Assembly (NCBI GenBank): GCA_964565665.1
Contig: CAZMFZ010000005.1
Span: forward strand, 1 to 54,253
From: an uncultured Bifidobacteriaceae bacterium
GTDB taxonomy: Bacteria; Bacteroidota; Bacteroidia; Cytophagales; UBA9547
DNA length: 54,253 nucleotides
Reading direction: 5' to 3'
Shown in pieces: positions 37,979 to 48,377 of this stretch (within the stretch, counting starts at the first letter, position 1; every line of letters starts with the position of its first letter). The notes below the pieces were generated by a model. It ran no database searches. It saw only the letters and a list, made by a program, of their open reading frames with translations, and had not been told where the DNA came from. Made by a program: the position numbers and the translations under genes.

Positions 37979-38264
37979 AAAAATCAGGCTGTAAATATTT
38001 TAGAACTATAATTGATAAACAAATATGAATGAAACGCTTAAATTCTGTAGATATTCTAAGTTGATGTTGCTAAAGAAAATAATAACTATCATTAATCAAT
38101 GTCTTTAACTGAAGCAGCTTTTTGTAATATTCATTTTTCATACATTTTAGGAAAAATCTCCTTTTTGTCCATTTGGTTTCGTTTGATATTTTGAATTTAC
38201 CTTCAATACATTTTTTAGCAAATCCTTGTTTACTTTTGCATTCTAAAAAAAAAATCAGAAAGTA

Positions 38265-39113
38265 GTGACAAAGCAGTTTGAAGAGAAATTTTTCATATTT
38301 CTAATGTACTTGAGTACCGCCATCAATGTGGTGCTACTTTGCTCGGTAGTGCTTGCCGTAATTTATCGAGGCTTTACTTCGCTAAGTTGGGAAATGATTT
38401 CATCTGTGCCTAAAGGTGGCTATTACCTGGGCAAGGAAGGTGGCGTGTTAAATGCTATCATTGGCTCATTGTATTTATCTGCTGGAGCTACTATTATATC
38501 CATGCTTATGGCGTTGCCTTTGGTTCTCTACTTAAATTTATACTTAAAACACGATTCAAAATTTGCAGCCAGCGTTCGCCTATCTCTTGATTTACTCTGG
38601 GGCGTACCCTCTATCGTATATGGAGCTTTTGGATTCACCCTTATGATGCTCATTGGCCTCAAAACTTCCCTTTTGGCAGGAATGCTCACACTATCCATTA
38701 TGATACTGCCTATTATTGCCCGTGCTATGGATGAAATTATGCGTACCGTACCTGCCGGATTAGTTGAGGCCTCGTATGCCTTAGGTGCCACACGTTGGGA
38801 AACAGCTTTTAAAGTAGTGGTAAAACAGACTCTGCCTGCCATCACCACCGCCATGTTGCTTGGTTTTGGCAGGGCAATTGGCGATGCCGCTTCGGTTATA
38901 TTCACCTCAGGGTACACCGATCGCATTCCCACTTCTATTATGAAACCAGCAGCTTCTTTACCCCTTTCGATATTTTTTCAATTGGGTGCACCCATTCCTG
39001 AAGTGCAAAACAGGGCCTATGCTGCTGCCGTTATTCTCACCGTTATAATATTGATTATCAGCATAATTTCTCGATTACTTTACAGAAAATACGCCAAAAA
39101 CCAAATTATTTGA
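38265..39113 (+). CDS. pstA: Phosphate ABC transporter permease (PstA-type)
   Basis: 282 aa, six TM helices and an EAA-loop region (EASYALGATRWETAFKVVV). GTG start. The stop overlaps the pstB upstream region. Confidence 0.8.
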   Translation: MTKQFEEKFFIFLMYLSTAINVVLLCSVVLAVIYRGFTSLSWEMISSVPKGGYYLGKEGGVLNAIIGSLYLSAGATIISMLMALPLVLYLNLYLKHDSKFAASVRLSLDLLWGVPSIVYGAFGFTLMMLIGLKTSLLAGMLTLSIMILPIIARAMDEIMRTVPAGLVEASYALGATRWETAFKVVVKQTLPAITTAMLLGFGRAIGDAASVIFTSGYTDRIPTSIMKPAASLPLSIFFQLGAPIPEVQNRAYAAAVILTVIILIISIISRLLYRKYAKNQII

Positions 39114-39127
39114 CCCTGCCTTTTGCC

Positions 39128-39883
39128 ATGCCTGCACACATTAAAATAGAAGACCTAAATGTATATTATGGCGAACGCCATGCCTTGAAAAATATTAATC
39201 TGGAAATTCCTGATAATAAAGTGACCTGCATAATGGGGCCGTCTGGCTGTGGCAAAACCACCCTACTGAAGTGTTTCAATAGGTTGATTGATACCTATGA
39301 TAATGTGACTGTATCGGGTAAATTGTTAATAGATTCGGAAAATATTTTCGACAATAACATAGAAATTACCCATTTGAGAAGAAAAATGGGTTTGCTTTCT
39401 CAACGGCCATTTCCTTTGCCCATGTCAATATTCGACAATGTGGCTTACGGCCCTCGCATTCATGGGGAGAAAGACAAAGGTAAATTAAATGAAATAGTAC
39501 AATTTTACCTTACCCAAGCAAGTTTGTGGGACGAAGTAAAAGATAGATTACACTCGCCAGCTTCACGGTTGTCTATTGGGCAACAGCAAAGGCTTTGCTT
39601 AGCTCGTGGCTTGGCCGTAAAACCCGATATTATTTTGGGTGACGAACCCACATCGGCTCTCGACCCTATTTCAAGTAAAAATATTGAAGATAAATTTTTA
39701 TCGCTCAAAAAAGAGTATACCCTTGTAATTGTAACCCATAGTTTTCACCAAGCCATGCGGATAGCTGATTATGTAGTGTTTATGTATTTGGGTGAAATTG
39801 TGGAAAAGGGCGATGCCAAGCAAGTGCTTGAAAATCCTAAAGAGGAAAGAACAAAAGAATATGTATATGGGAAAATAAGCTAG
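39128..39883 (+). CDS. pstB: Phosphate ABC transporter ATP-binding protein
   Basis: GPSGCGKTT, LSIGQQQRLCLARGLA, ILGDEPTSALDP and the PstB-typical RTKEYVYGKIS end. ATG at 39128. Confidence 0.92.
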   Translation: MPAHIKIEDLNVYYGERHALKNINLEIPDNKVTCIMGPSGCGKTTLLKCFNRLIDTYDNVTVSGKLLIDSENIFDNNIEITHLRRKMGLLSQRPFPLPMSIFDNVAYGPRIHGEKDKGKLNEIVQFYLTQASLWDEVKDRLHSPASRLSIGQQQRLCLARGLAVKPDIILGDEPTSALDPISSKNIEDKFLSLKKEYTLVIVTHSFHQAMRIADYVVFMYLGEIVEKGDAKQVLENPKEERTKEYVYGKIS

Positions 39884-40018
39884 AAATTGTGTGGATATTG
39901 CCATATCAAAATAATGTTGCAAATCGGCCAAATAGGAAAATTTAAAAAACTTTACCTAAATTTAATAGTTGTAGGATATAAAACATAGCTGGAATACGCA
40001 CAGTTAAAAATCACACCA

Positions 40019-40519
40019 ATGAACCTTCCTTTCGAATCATTAAGCCCAGAATCTAGAATATGGATATACCAATCGGAAAGAGCTTTTTCGGCCGCTGAGC
40101 AAGAAAGTATGAGCATTACGATAGAGCAGTTTCTCAATACTTGGTCAAGCCATGGAAGCGAAATGATTTCGGGATTTGCCTTTAAACACCAAAGATTTAT
40201 TATTATTTCAATTGATGAATCACTTACTGATGCGAGCGGATGCTCTATCGATAAGTTGGTGCATTTTATGCAAAATCTGGGCAATAATTTTCAATTGAAT
40301 TTGATAGACCGCAGCATTGCTTATGTGGAAAATGAAGAAATTAAAATTTGCCAATTTTCCCAAATAAAAAATTTAGTAGGTGCAGGCACTATTAATCAAG
40401 ACACCCCTATTTTCAACACTTTCATCACAACCAAAGGCGAACTTGCCACCAAGTGGGTTGTAAAAGCCTCTGAAACTTGGACAGCCAAATATTTTAAACC
40501 AGAAGCTTCGTTTGCTTAA
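40019..40519 (+). CDS. Conserved hypothetical protein
   Basis: 166-aa ORF (RIWIYQSERAF...SGCSIDKL). I recall similar Bacteroidota proteins of unknown function but cannot name a family. Confidence 0.5.
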   Translation: MNLPFESLSPESRIWIYQSERAFSAAEQESMSITIEQFLNTWSSHGSEMISGFAFKHQRFIIISIDESLTDASGCSIDKLVHFMQNLGNNFQLNLIDRSIAYVENEEIKICQFSQIKNLVGAGTINQDTPIFNTFITTKGELATKWVVKASETWTAKYFKPEASFA

Positions 40520-40523
40520 TTGT

Positions 40524-41408
40524 TTATTTCCCAAATAAATCGGTACTCAAATATCTATCGCCTCTATCGCATATTATGCACACAATTATTCCACTCTCTA
40601 ATTCCTGAGCCAAACGAACGGCTGCTATAGCACTTCCACCACTACTCATTCCGGCAAATACAGCCTCTTCTCTTGCCAATCTATTGGTCATTATTCTTGC
40701 TTCAATTTCTGAAATATCCTCGATTCTGTCTACTCTCTGGGGTTCAAATATTTTGGGTAAATAGGCCGCAGGCCAACGTCTTATTCCAGGTATTTTAGCA
40801 CCTTCAGTAGGCTGGCAGCCAATGATTTGAATCGTAGGGTTTTGCTCTTTCAAAAATCTGGAAACACCCATAATAGTGCCTGTTGTACCCATAGTAGACA
40901 CAAAATGCGTGATTTTGCCTTCTGTATCTTTCCATATTTCAGGTCCGGTAGTTTTGTAATGCCCTAAAGCACAATCGGGATTGTCAAATTGATTTAGCAT
41001 TAAATATCCACCTTTGGCTACTTTATCTACGGTATAATCTCTAGCTTCTTCCATCGCACCTTTGGCAGATGTCAAAATTACTTTTGCACCAAAGGCCTCC
41101 ATTGTCAAAATTCGTTCACGAGTAGAATTTTCGGGCATTATCAATTCAATATCAAGATTATACAATCGGGCAATCATAGCCAATGCAATACCAGTGTTTC
41201 CACTTGTAGCCTCAATAAGCTTCGTGCCTTTTTGTATTTCTCCACGCTCCAAAGCCCCACGTATCAAACTCAAAGCAGCTCTGTCTTTCACACTTCCACC
41301 CGGATTTTGCCCTTCCAGTTTTCCAAAAATTTTTACTTTAGGATTCGGATTGATTTTATTCAATTCCACCAAAGGCGTATTGCCCACGAAGTCTAATAAA
41401 GTTGCCAT
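40524..41408 (-). CDS. cysM: Cysteine synthase B-like PLP enzyme
   Basis: NPGGSVKDRAAL, ATSGNTGIALA and IICDRGDRYLST. Collinear by eye with E. coli CysM. Confidence 0.9.
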   Translation of the reverse strand: MATLLDFVGNTPLVELNKINPNPKVKIFGKLEGQNPGGSVKDRAALSLIRGALERGEIQKGTKLIEATSGNTGIALAMIARLYNLDIELIMPENSTRERILTMEAFGAKVILTSAKGAMEEARDYTVDKVAKGGYLMLNQFDNPDCALGHYKTTGPEIWKDTEGKITHFVSTMGTTGTIMGVSRFLKEQNPTIQIIGCQPTEGAKIPGIRRWPAAYLPKIFEPQRVDRIEDISEIEARIMTNRLAREEAVFAGMSSGGSAIAAVRLAQELESGIIVCIICDRGDRYLSTDLFGK

Positions 41409-41596
41409 TCTTATAAGTTTAATAATTGGTTGTACATCTTACCATTTTACCATTACTTTTCCAAAGTTTTAAAACTTTAGAAAAGTTGATCAACATATAT
41501 TAGAGGTAAAAGCAAGAATTTCAAAGCTGACACGACCTTGCATCAGCCCTACACCTCACCATCCATTATCAGGCTTATAAAAAATGTCCAAATTAA

Positions 41597-41878
41597 TTAT
41601 TGTCCTTGAAGGTCGGGGTACTGATCTTCTTTTCCTTCTAAAGCATCTTCTTTTCTTTTGGCAACTTTTACTTGATCTTCTCTCAATTCTTTTCTGTCTT
41701 CTTTTAACTTTTGCTTAACAGAATCTACAGAAGCTTCATTCCCATCTTCTTTAGCTTCTTTTAATTCGGCTTTGTCTATACTTATTACGGCCTTATCCTG
41801 TTGTACTTCAGCATCCTTATTTATTCCACATGAGAACAAACATATAGAAAGGGCAATTGTGTTTACTATCGTTTTCAT
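41597..41878 (-). CDS. Small Lys/Glu-rich lipoprotein, unknown function
   Basis: 93 aa, lipobox LFSCG, highly charged low-complexity mature region. Confidence 0.45.
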   Translation of the reverse strand: MKTIVNTIALSICLFSCGINKDAEVQQDKAVISIDKAELKEAKEDGNEASVDSVKQKLKEDRKELREDQVKVAKRKEDALEGKEDQYPDLQGQ

Positions 41879-42027
41879 TTTATATTTTTAAGTTATATAT
41901 TTTATCCTAAAAAATGATGCCAAAAATAATGTGAGGTGGAAAACGGCATTTATGTAAAAATTAAAAATCATTTCTAGCCTGTTATTTAAGTTACTTAAAC
42001 TCTACAAATGAGATGTTTCAAAAATTT

Positions 42028-42825
42028 CTAGCTGATTTTCACCTGCTCCTGGTGATAAATTTTCGTAAATGGAGGAATAGATTTGGTCAACCACACATTC
42101 CCACCCACAATACTGTCGTGCCCAATCACAGTATCTCCTCCTAAAATGGTAGCTCCAGAATAGATTACCACATTGTCTTCAATGGTCGGATGTCGCTTTT
42201 GCCGAGCCATGTCTTTACTGACACTCAAAGCACCCAATGTTATTCCTTGATATAGTTTTACATTTTTGCCCAAAACAGCCGTTTCGCCAATTACAGTTCC
42301 AGTTCCGTGATCTATGTAAAAATATTCGCCTATTTGTGCCGCAGGGTGAATGTCAATTCCTGTTTTGGAATGGGCAAATTCTGTGATCAGGCGTGGTAGA
42401 AGAGGCACATTTTGTTGACAAAGTATATGTGCCAATCTGTAAAATGCTATGGCATAGAAACCAGGATAAGCCCGCACCACTTCATATTCGCTCTTGGCAG
42501 CAGGGTCGCCATCCAAAATGGCCTGCACATCAGTAGTTAAAAGCCTATGTACTTCGGGCAATTTTTCAATAAATTTTTTTGAAATAGCATTTGCATCTTC
42601 TTTCAAATACGGTTGCATTGATGATAATATAAAGGCTAGTTCGGCTTGAAGTTTTGTAAAAGCAGCCTCCATTTCATCTACAGATTGGTAGTGTTTTTTT
42701 GTCTGCTCCGGAAAAAGAATAAGCAAAACTTTTGTAATAAGCCTCGAAACCGAACTTGTAGCTGGATATATTTCTGTAGAAATATGTTTTTTATACAGGG
42801 TATTTAAGAATTCTTGAGGAAGCAT
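42028..42825 (-). CDS. cysE: Serine O-acetyltransferase
   Basis: Hexapeptide-repeat C-terminal half (GIDIHPAAQIG..FYIDHGTGTVIGETAV.G..V.LYQG.TLG). Start set to ATG 42825. Confidence 0.88.
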   Translation of the reverse strand: MLPQEFLNTLYKKHISTEIYPATSSVSRLITKVLLILFPEQTKKHYQSVDEMEAAFTKLQAELAFILSSMQPYLKEDANAISKKFIEKLPEVHRLLTTDVQAILDGDPAAKSEYEVVRAYPGFYAIAFYRLAHILCQQNVPLLPRLITEFAHSKTGIDIHPAAQIGEYFYIDHGTGTVIGETAVLGKNVKLYQGITLGALSVSKDMARQKRHPTIEDNVVIYSGATILGGDTVIGHDSIVGGNVWLTKSIPPFTKIYHQEQVKIS

Positions 42826-42871
42826 GTTTAATAAAGCTATTAAGTTTATTTCAGCAAAAAAGATTTTTCGT

Positions 42872-43318
42872 TTACTTGAGCCGAATAGTGCCAATGAAAA
42901 CCATAAATTCTCCAGAATCTGCTTTGTATTTCAATTCGGAATTCCAATATTTTAAGTCGTCAACAGTTAATTTGAAAGTCACTACTTTAGATTCTCCAGG
43001 CTTCAGACTAATTTTTTGAAATCCTTTTAACTCTTTAACGGGGCGAGAAACATCAGCTGATTTATCCTGGATATACAATTGCACCGTTTCTTCTCCCAGT
43101 AATTTGCCAGTATTGTGTTCTTCCATGGCAGTTTTATTATTGATGCTGCCGGTAGCAAAATTTGCCGAAAGTTGATTTAATTGTCCAATTTTCTCATCTA
43201 AAGTCATCAGACGCAATACTGAATCTGCTTTTTGATCTATTCTCTTAATGGGAGTCGGTTGGCTAGAAGCAACAAAATATAAAAGTATTGAGAAAAATAT
43301 TAGGAAATATTTCTTCAT
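42872..43318 (-). pseudogene. Remnant of a GH3 beta-glucosidase: signal peptide and first ~40 aa fused to the C-terminal Fn3-like domain
   Basis: N-terminus LRLMTLDEKIGQLNQL is the GH3 leader region. C-terminus GEETVQLYIQDKSADVSRPVKELKGFQKISLKPGESKVVTF is the GH3 Fn3-like domain. The ~600-aa catalytic core is absent. Confidence 0.6.
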
Positions 43319-43360
43319 GAATAAATGAGTTTTAAGTTTAACGAATGCCAAAATAAACAC

Positions 43361-43394
43361 AAAAAGCCCAATTACCTAATGATAATTGGGCTTT
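43361..43394 (-). terminator. Rho-independent terminator after msrB
   Basis: Minus strand reads AAAGCCCAATTA-tcattagg-TAATTGGGCTTTTTGTG. 12-bp stem with a T-tract, 26 nt after the msrB stop. Confidence 0.65.
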
Positions 43395-43419
43395 GATAAT
43401 TCTGCATCGCAATGAAATA

Positions 43420-43929
43420 TTATTTTTTGTCTTCTACAAAATCAAGTGAAGCTGAGTTTATGCAATATCTCATGCCGGTTGGCTTTGGTCCATCGTCAAA
43501 TATATGCCCCAAATGCGAGCCACATTTTTTGCAAACTACCTCTGTACGCACCATTCCATAGCTTACATCCTTAATTTCTTTTACTTTAGATTTATCTAGT
43601 GCCTCATAAAAACTAGGCCAGCCTGAGCCTGAATCGTATTTAGTACCAGAGGCAAATAGTTGCTGATGGCACACTGCACAGGTATATACGCCATGCCCTT
43701 TGTGATTCCAATATTTGCCTGTAAATGCTCTTTCCGTGCCTTTTCCAACACACACATTGTACTGCTCGGGTGATAACTTATTTTTCAATTCGGGATCACC
43801 CAAATTTACCTCGAATTCATCTTTTGTACGGTTTGTTCCATTTTCCATTTTTTGAGTTTGTTTAGTGTTTTGCGAACAAGCCACAGTCGTTACCAACATC
43901 ATGGCCATAATATGCATTTTAAAATTCAT
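43420..43929 (-). CDS. msrB: Peptide-methionine (R)-S-oxide reductase MsrB with a lipoprotein signal
   Basis: CAVCHQQLF and [24 protein letters not shown] motifs. ATG 43929 gives [20 protein letters not shown]. Confidence 0.9.
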   Translation of the reverse strand: MNFKMHIMAMMLVTTVACSQNTKQTQKMENGTNRTKDEFEVNLGDPELKNKLSPEQYNVCVGKGTERAFTGKYWNHKGHGVYTCAVCHQQLFASGTKYDSGSGWPSFYEALDKSKVKEIKDVSYGMVRTEVVCKKCGSHLGHIFDDGPKPTGMRYCINSASLDFVEDKK

Positions 43930-44196
43930 GATTGCGTTAGTAATTGTGAAATTGAAATGATGTTTTGTTAAATTCAATATCGAATGTTGAACACTAAAAA
44001 GTTTGCTTTTGTCTCTCATCTGACAAAAAATATTTACGAAAACCAACCACCTTCAGATTTTATTGCGAATTTTCCTACCGTACAAGCAGCACGCTACTAT
44101 TTATCCACAGTTTGATTTACCATATTTATTTCGTAGTTTTGCAAACTATTTTTTTGGCATAATTTATAATCACTTATAATCAACGGGCACACATCT

Positions 44197-45027
44197 ATGT
44201 CAAAATTAAGAATCCTATACGTAGCGAAAGAAATATCTCCATTCTTAGAAACAGGAAAAGTAGCAGAGTATGTAAGGCAACTTCCGGAAGCCATGCAAGA
44301 GAGAGGCATGGAAATCAGAATCTTAGTTCCGAAATTTGGCAATATCAACGAGCGTAAAAATCGCCTACACGAAGTAGTAAGGCTTTCAGGAATAAATATT
44401 GCAGTTGGTGAAGAAGAAAAACCACTTATAATTAAAGTAGCCTCTATTCCTGCAGCACGTTTGCAGGTGTATTTTATAGATAATGACGATTATTTCCACC
44501 GCAAGCACGATTTGCTCGATGGTCACGATAAATTCTATGCCGATAATGAAGAAAGAGCCATTTTTTTCTGTAAAGGAGCATTAGAAACCGTGAAAAAATT
44601 AGGTTGGTCGCCAGATATTATTCATTGCAGCGATTGGATGACAAGCCTGATTCCTATGTATTTAAAAACACATTATAAAAAAGAACCTATTTATCGCAAT
44701 ACCAAAACGATATTTACCGTTTTCAACACACCTTTCGACCACAAATTTGAAGGCGATACAGGCCAAAAAGCTAAAATGTCGGAAATGGACGATAAATCAT
44801 TAGCACTTTTAGCTACTTCCGATTATTCAGGTTTTATAAAACTGGGGTTAGAATATGCCGATGCTACATTTAAGGCAGAAGATGAATATCATCCTATTCA
44901 CCACGACATTTTTGAGCAACACGAAGCCACAAAACAGCTTGAGTACATGCCTTCAGAAAACAATCTTGAATTTTATTACAATTTCTACAACGAATTAGCA
45001 GGCGTAAATGAATTGGTTGCAGAATAG
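44197..45027 (+). CDS. Short glycogen/starch synthase-like protein (GT5 N-terminal domain only)
   Basis: MSKLRILYVAKEISPF..TG..A.....LP. Typical of the 270-aa Bacteroidota form that precedes DUF4270 and glmS. Confidence 0.7.
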   Translation: MSKLRILYVAKEISPFLETGKVAEYVRQLPEAMQERGMEIRILVPKFGNINERKNRLHEVVRLSGINIAVGEEEKPLIIKVASIPAARLQVYFIDNDDYFHRKHDLLDGHDKFYADNEERAIFFCKGALETVKKLGWSPDIIHCSDWMTSLIPMYLKTHYKKEPIYRNTKTIFTVFNTPFDHKFEGDTGQKAKMSEMDDKSLALLATSDYSGFIKLGLEYADATFKAEDEYHPIHHDIFEQHEATKQLEYMPSENNLEFYYNFYNELAGVNELVAE

Positions 45028-46432
45028 CACCTTGGTGTCGATTACAATCGGCATTTTTGCTTTGGTGGCTTGTAAAAAAGGAGATGAATTAAGTAGTGAA
45101 ATTCGCCCAAGAGAAACAGACTTAAGTTCGAATTACGATAGCAGTATCGCAATAACCACAGAGGTTGTAAATTTCAATTCTATACCCACCAATGCCTCCT
45201 TTCGCTTATTAGTTGGGAGGCATCAAGACCCTGTGTTTGGCAATATTACTGCCAATGCCTACTTAAGATTTGTAAACGGAACTAATAAGACAACTTTTGG
45301 CCCAAACCCCGTAGCAGATGCAATTTCGCTACAGTTTTACATGGTTAAAACTGTAGTTATAAAAGACAAACCAGTTGCTTTGCAACCTTATATTTTTGGA
45401 TCAAGTTCAAAGCCAGTGTCTTTCAAAGTTTACAAACTTGATTCTGCAATTGATAACCAAAAATTGTATTATAGAAATGATCTTATTAGTTACAATCCCG
45501 ACAACCTACTTGCTGAAGTTGTATTAGATAATTCTCTCATTAATTCCACTATCACCAATAGAATTATCTCCATTCCCCTACCCTCAACTTTAGGGCAAAA
45601 TTTTATTGATAACCAAAGTTCGTTTGGCTCTATCGATTCATTTCAAAATTTTTTCAAAGGCATCGCTTTAGTAGCTGATGCAGGTAACGAAGGCATTATT
45701 GGTATTTACGACATACAAATGGTATTGCTTTACCACAATTATTATGGGTTGAATAATTTGTATAGTGCTGAAGCTGAAATTATGGGTGCATCATATGTTT
45801 CTACTCCCACTGCAGCACAAAATCAATTTTTAGTGGATAGATTTTCTGGTGAATTAGGAATGCTTGGCACTGTTAATAATAGCTCAGTCCCAACTGAAAA
45901 ATGCTACATACAATCCAATACCGGAGTATTTACCAGAGTGCAATTTTCTGATATTAATTCTTTTAAAGAAGAGGTCAAAATAAAGTATCAAGCCAATAAA
46001 ATATTGGTAAATAAAGCCGAATTGGTAATCAAACCCGATTCTGCCTCCTCATATCTTTTGCCTTTGCAATTATCGGCATTTGAAACAAGCGCTGATGGAA
46101 ATGTGAAAACAACCTCCAATGGAAGTTTTCAATATTTACAAAATGAATTAGCCCAAGGAGGTGGAATATTTGGCTCGCTATCTCCATTGGTCGCTTCCTA
46201 CAGCCTAAATCTTAATGAATACAGATTTACTATTACTACCTATATTCAAGCCATTCTTGATGGCAGAAAAGAAAATAATGGCCTACTTGTTGGTGCTGAA
46301 AATGAACTCATTGAAAACTTGGCATTTGGTTCGCTAAATAGATTTACTTTTTACAACAACCCTGAAAAATTTAAGACAGGAGAGGTTAAATCTAAAATTG
46401 AACTTAGAGTTTACTACACTCCATATAAGTAA
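45008..46432 (+). CDS. DUF4270-like lipoprotein
   Basis: 474 aa, lipobox ALVACKK. Conserved position between the short glycogen synthase gene and glmS. Family call rests mainly on synteny. Confidence 0.5.
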   Translation: MNWLQNSTLVSITIGIFALVACKKGDELSSEIRPRETDLSSNYDSSIAITTEVVNFNSIPTNASFRLLVGRHQDPVFGNITANAYLRFVNGTNKTTFGPNPVADAISLQFYMVKTVVIKDKPVALQPYIFGSSSKPVSFKVYKLDSAIDNQKLYYRNDLISYNPDNLLAEVVLDNSLINSTITNRIISIPLPSTLGQNFIDNQSSFGSIDSFQNFFKGIALVADAGNEGIIGIYDIQMVLLYHNYYGLNNLYSAEAEIMGASYVSTPTAAQNQFLVDRFSGELGMLGTVNNSSVPTEKCYIQSNTGVFTRVQFSDINSFKEEVKIKYQANKILVNKAELVIKPDSASSYLLPLQLSAFETSADGNVKTTSNGSFQYLQNELAQGGGIFGSLSPLVASYSLNLNEYRFTITTYIQAILDGRKENNGLLVGAENELIENLAFGSLNRFTFYNNPEKFKTGEVKSKIELRVYYTPYK

Positions 46433-46512
46433 AACAAGCCTGTAAATTGAATGCTTAATAATTGCTTGATTAATCCGCATTAATTCATAAATTGATATAT
46501 AATTAAAGAAAT

Positions 46513-48348
46513 ATGTGTGGAATAGTAGCTTATGTAGGTTATCGGGAAGCATATCCTGTCATTATTAAAGGATTAAAACGGCTTGAATACCGAGGCTATG
46601 ATAGTGCAGGTATTGCCTTAATTAACGATAATCTTAATGTTTATAAGAAAAAAGGCAAGGTAAGCGATCTAGAAGATTACCTCAAAAATGAAACCCTTCA
46701 TTCAACAATTGGCATAGGGCATACCCGCTGGGCTACCCATGGTGAGCCAAATGATGTAAATGCCCATCCACACTTTTCAGAAAATAAAAATCTGGCAATT
46801 ATTCACAATGGAATTATAGAAAACTATGCTTCATTGAAACAAGATTTGATGAAACGAGGCCATCATTTCAGTAGTGCCACCGATTCGGAAGTATTTATCC
46901 ATTTTATTGAAGATATTCAGGGGCACGAAAAATGTTCGCTTGAAGAAGCTGTACGCTTGGCATTGAGCAAAGTGGTAGGAGCTTATGCCATCGTTATTAT
47001 TTCAAAAGACAACAAAAATCAACTTATAGCCGCTAGAAAAGGCAGCCCTTTGGTTGTAGGCATTGGTGAAAACGAGTTTTTTTGTGCCTCAGATGCTACC
47101 CCAATTATTGAATACACGAAAGATGTGGTGTATTTGGAAGATCAACAAATAGCCATAATCAGAGACGGAAAGCTCACAATCAAATCAATTGAAAACATAG
47201 AAAGCACGCCTTATATCCAAAAACTGGATATGGAACTAGAATCCATTGAAAAAGGTGGATTTCCACATTTTATGTTAAAGGAAATATTCGAGCAGCCCAA
47301 GTCAATTACCGATACTATGCGAGGTAGGGTGAATTCGGAAAAAAACCACTTGGTACTTGGCGGATTGCGTGAGCATATTAATAAAATGATGTTCACCAAT
47401 CGCATTGTAATTGTAGCTTGCGGCACTTCTTGGCACGCTGGTTTAGTTGCCGAATACATATTTGAAGAATTGGCAAGGGTGAATGTAGAGGTAGAATATG
47501 CTTCTGAATTTCGGTATAGAAACCCTATAATCAAAGAAGGTGATATTGTGATTTCCATTTCCCAATCGGGTGAAACAGCCGATACATTGGCCGCCATTGA
47601 GCTTGCCAAATCGAAAGGTGCAACTATTTTTGGCGTTTGTAATGTGGTGGGTTCATCAATTCCTCGACTAACTCATGCAGGAGCTTATTTGCATGCAGGG
47701 CCAGAAATTGGCGTAGCAAGTACAAAGGCTTTCACGTCACAAGTTACCGTATTGGCTATGATGGCCATTATTATTGCTTATAAAAAAGGAACAATTACCG
47801 AATCGAAATACCACGAATTGCTTGTAGAGCTAGAAAGTATTCCATCGAAAGTAGAAGAGATTTTAAGCCACAATGATAAAATAAAATATTTGTCTGGCGA
47901 ATTTAAAGATGCAACCAATTTTCTGTATTTGGGCAGAGGGTGCAATTTCCCCGTAGCTTTGGAAGGTGCATTGAAGTTGAAAGAAATATCCTACATTCAT
48001 GCTGAAGGCTATCCGGCTGCAGAAATGAAACATGGGCCCATTGCCTTGATAGATCAAGAAATGCCTGTGGTAATTATTGCGACCAAAGACAGCTCTTACG
48101 AAAAAATTGTGTCAAACATTCAAGAAGTAAAAGCCAGAAAAGGCAGGGTAATAGCCATTGTGACTGAAGGTGATGAACTCATACCGCAAATGGCTGATTA
48201 TGTAATCGCTATTCCGCAGACCAACGAGTTGCTAATACCATTGCTTTCTGTAATTCCTATGCAATTGCTTGCTTATCATATAGCTGTAATGCGTGGTTGC
48301 AATGTAGATCAGCCTAGAAATTTGGCAAAATCGGTAACGGTAGAATAA
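46513..48348 (+). CDS. glmS: Glutamine--fructose-6-phosphate aminotransferase
   Basis: MCGIVAYVG start, two SIS domains, terminal NLAKSVTVE. Confidence 0.97.
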   Translation: MCGIVAYVGYREAYPVIIKGLKRLEYRGYDSAGIALINDNLNVYKKKGKVSDLEDYLKNETLHSTIGIGHTRWATHGEPNDVNAHPHFSENKNLAIIHNGIIENYASLKQDLMKRGHHFSSATDSEVFIHFIEDIQGHEKCSLEEAVRLALSKVVGAYAIVIISKDNKNQLIAARKGSPLVVGIGENEFFCASDATPIIEYTKDVVYLEDQQIAIIRDGKLTIKSIENIESTPYIQKLDMELESIEKGGFPHFMLKEIFEQPKSITDTMRGRVNSEKNHLVLGGLREHINKMMFTNRIVIVACGTSWHAGLVAEYIFEELARVNVEVEYASEFRYRNPIIKEGDIVISISQSGETADTLAAIELAKSKGATIFGVCNVVGSSIPRLTHAGAYLHAGPEIGVASTKAFTSQVTVLAMMAIIIAYKKGTITESKYHELLVELESIPSKVEEILSHNDKIKYLSGEFKDATNFLYLGRGCNFPVALEGALKLKEISYIHAEGYPAAEMKHGPIALIDQEMPVVIIATKDSSYEKIVSNIQEVKARKGRVIAIVTEGDELIPQMADYVIAIPQTNELLIPLLSVIPMQLLAYHIAVMRGCNVDQPRNLAKSVTVE

Positions 48349-48377
48349 TCTATTTTTTCTTTTTAAACGAGATTGCA

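Noticed and set aside
41463-41478. Perfect 16-bp palindrome AAAGTTTTAAAACTTT about 55-70 nt upstream of cysM, as a possible operator.
   Set aside because: It is entirely A/T plus one G/C pair per arm. Palindromes of this size are expected a few times by chance in 54 kb of AT-rich DNA, and I saw no second copy near cysE.
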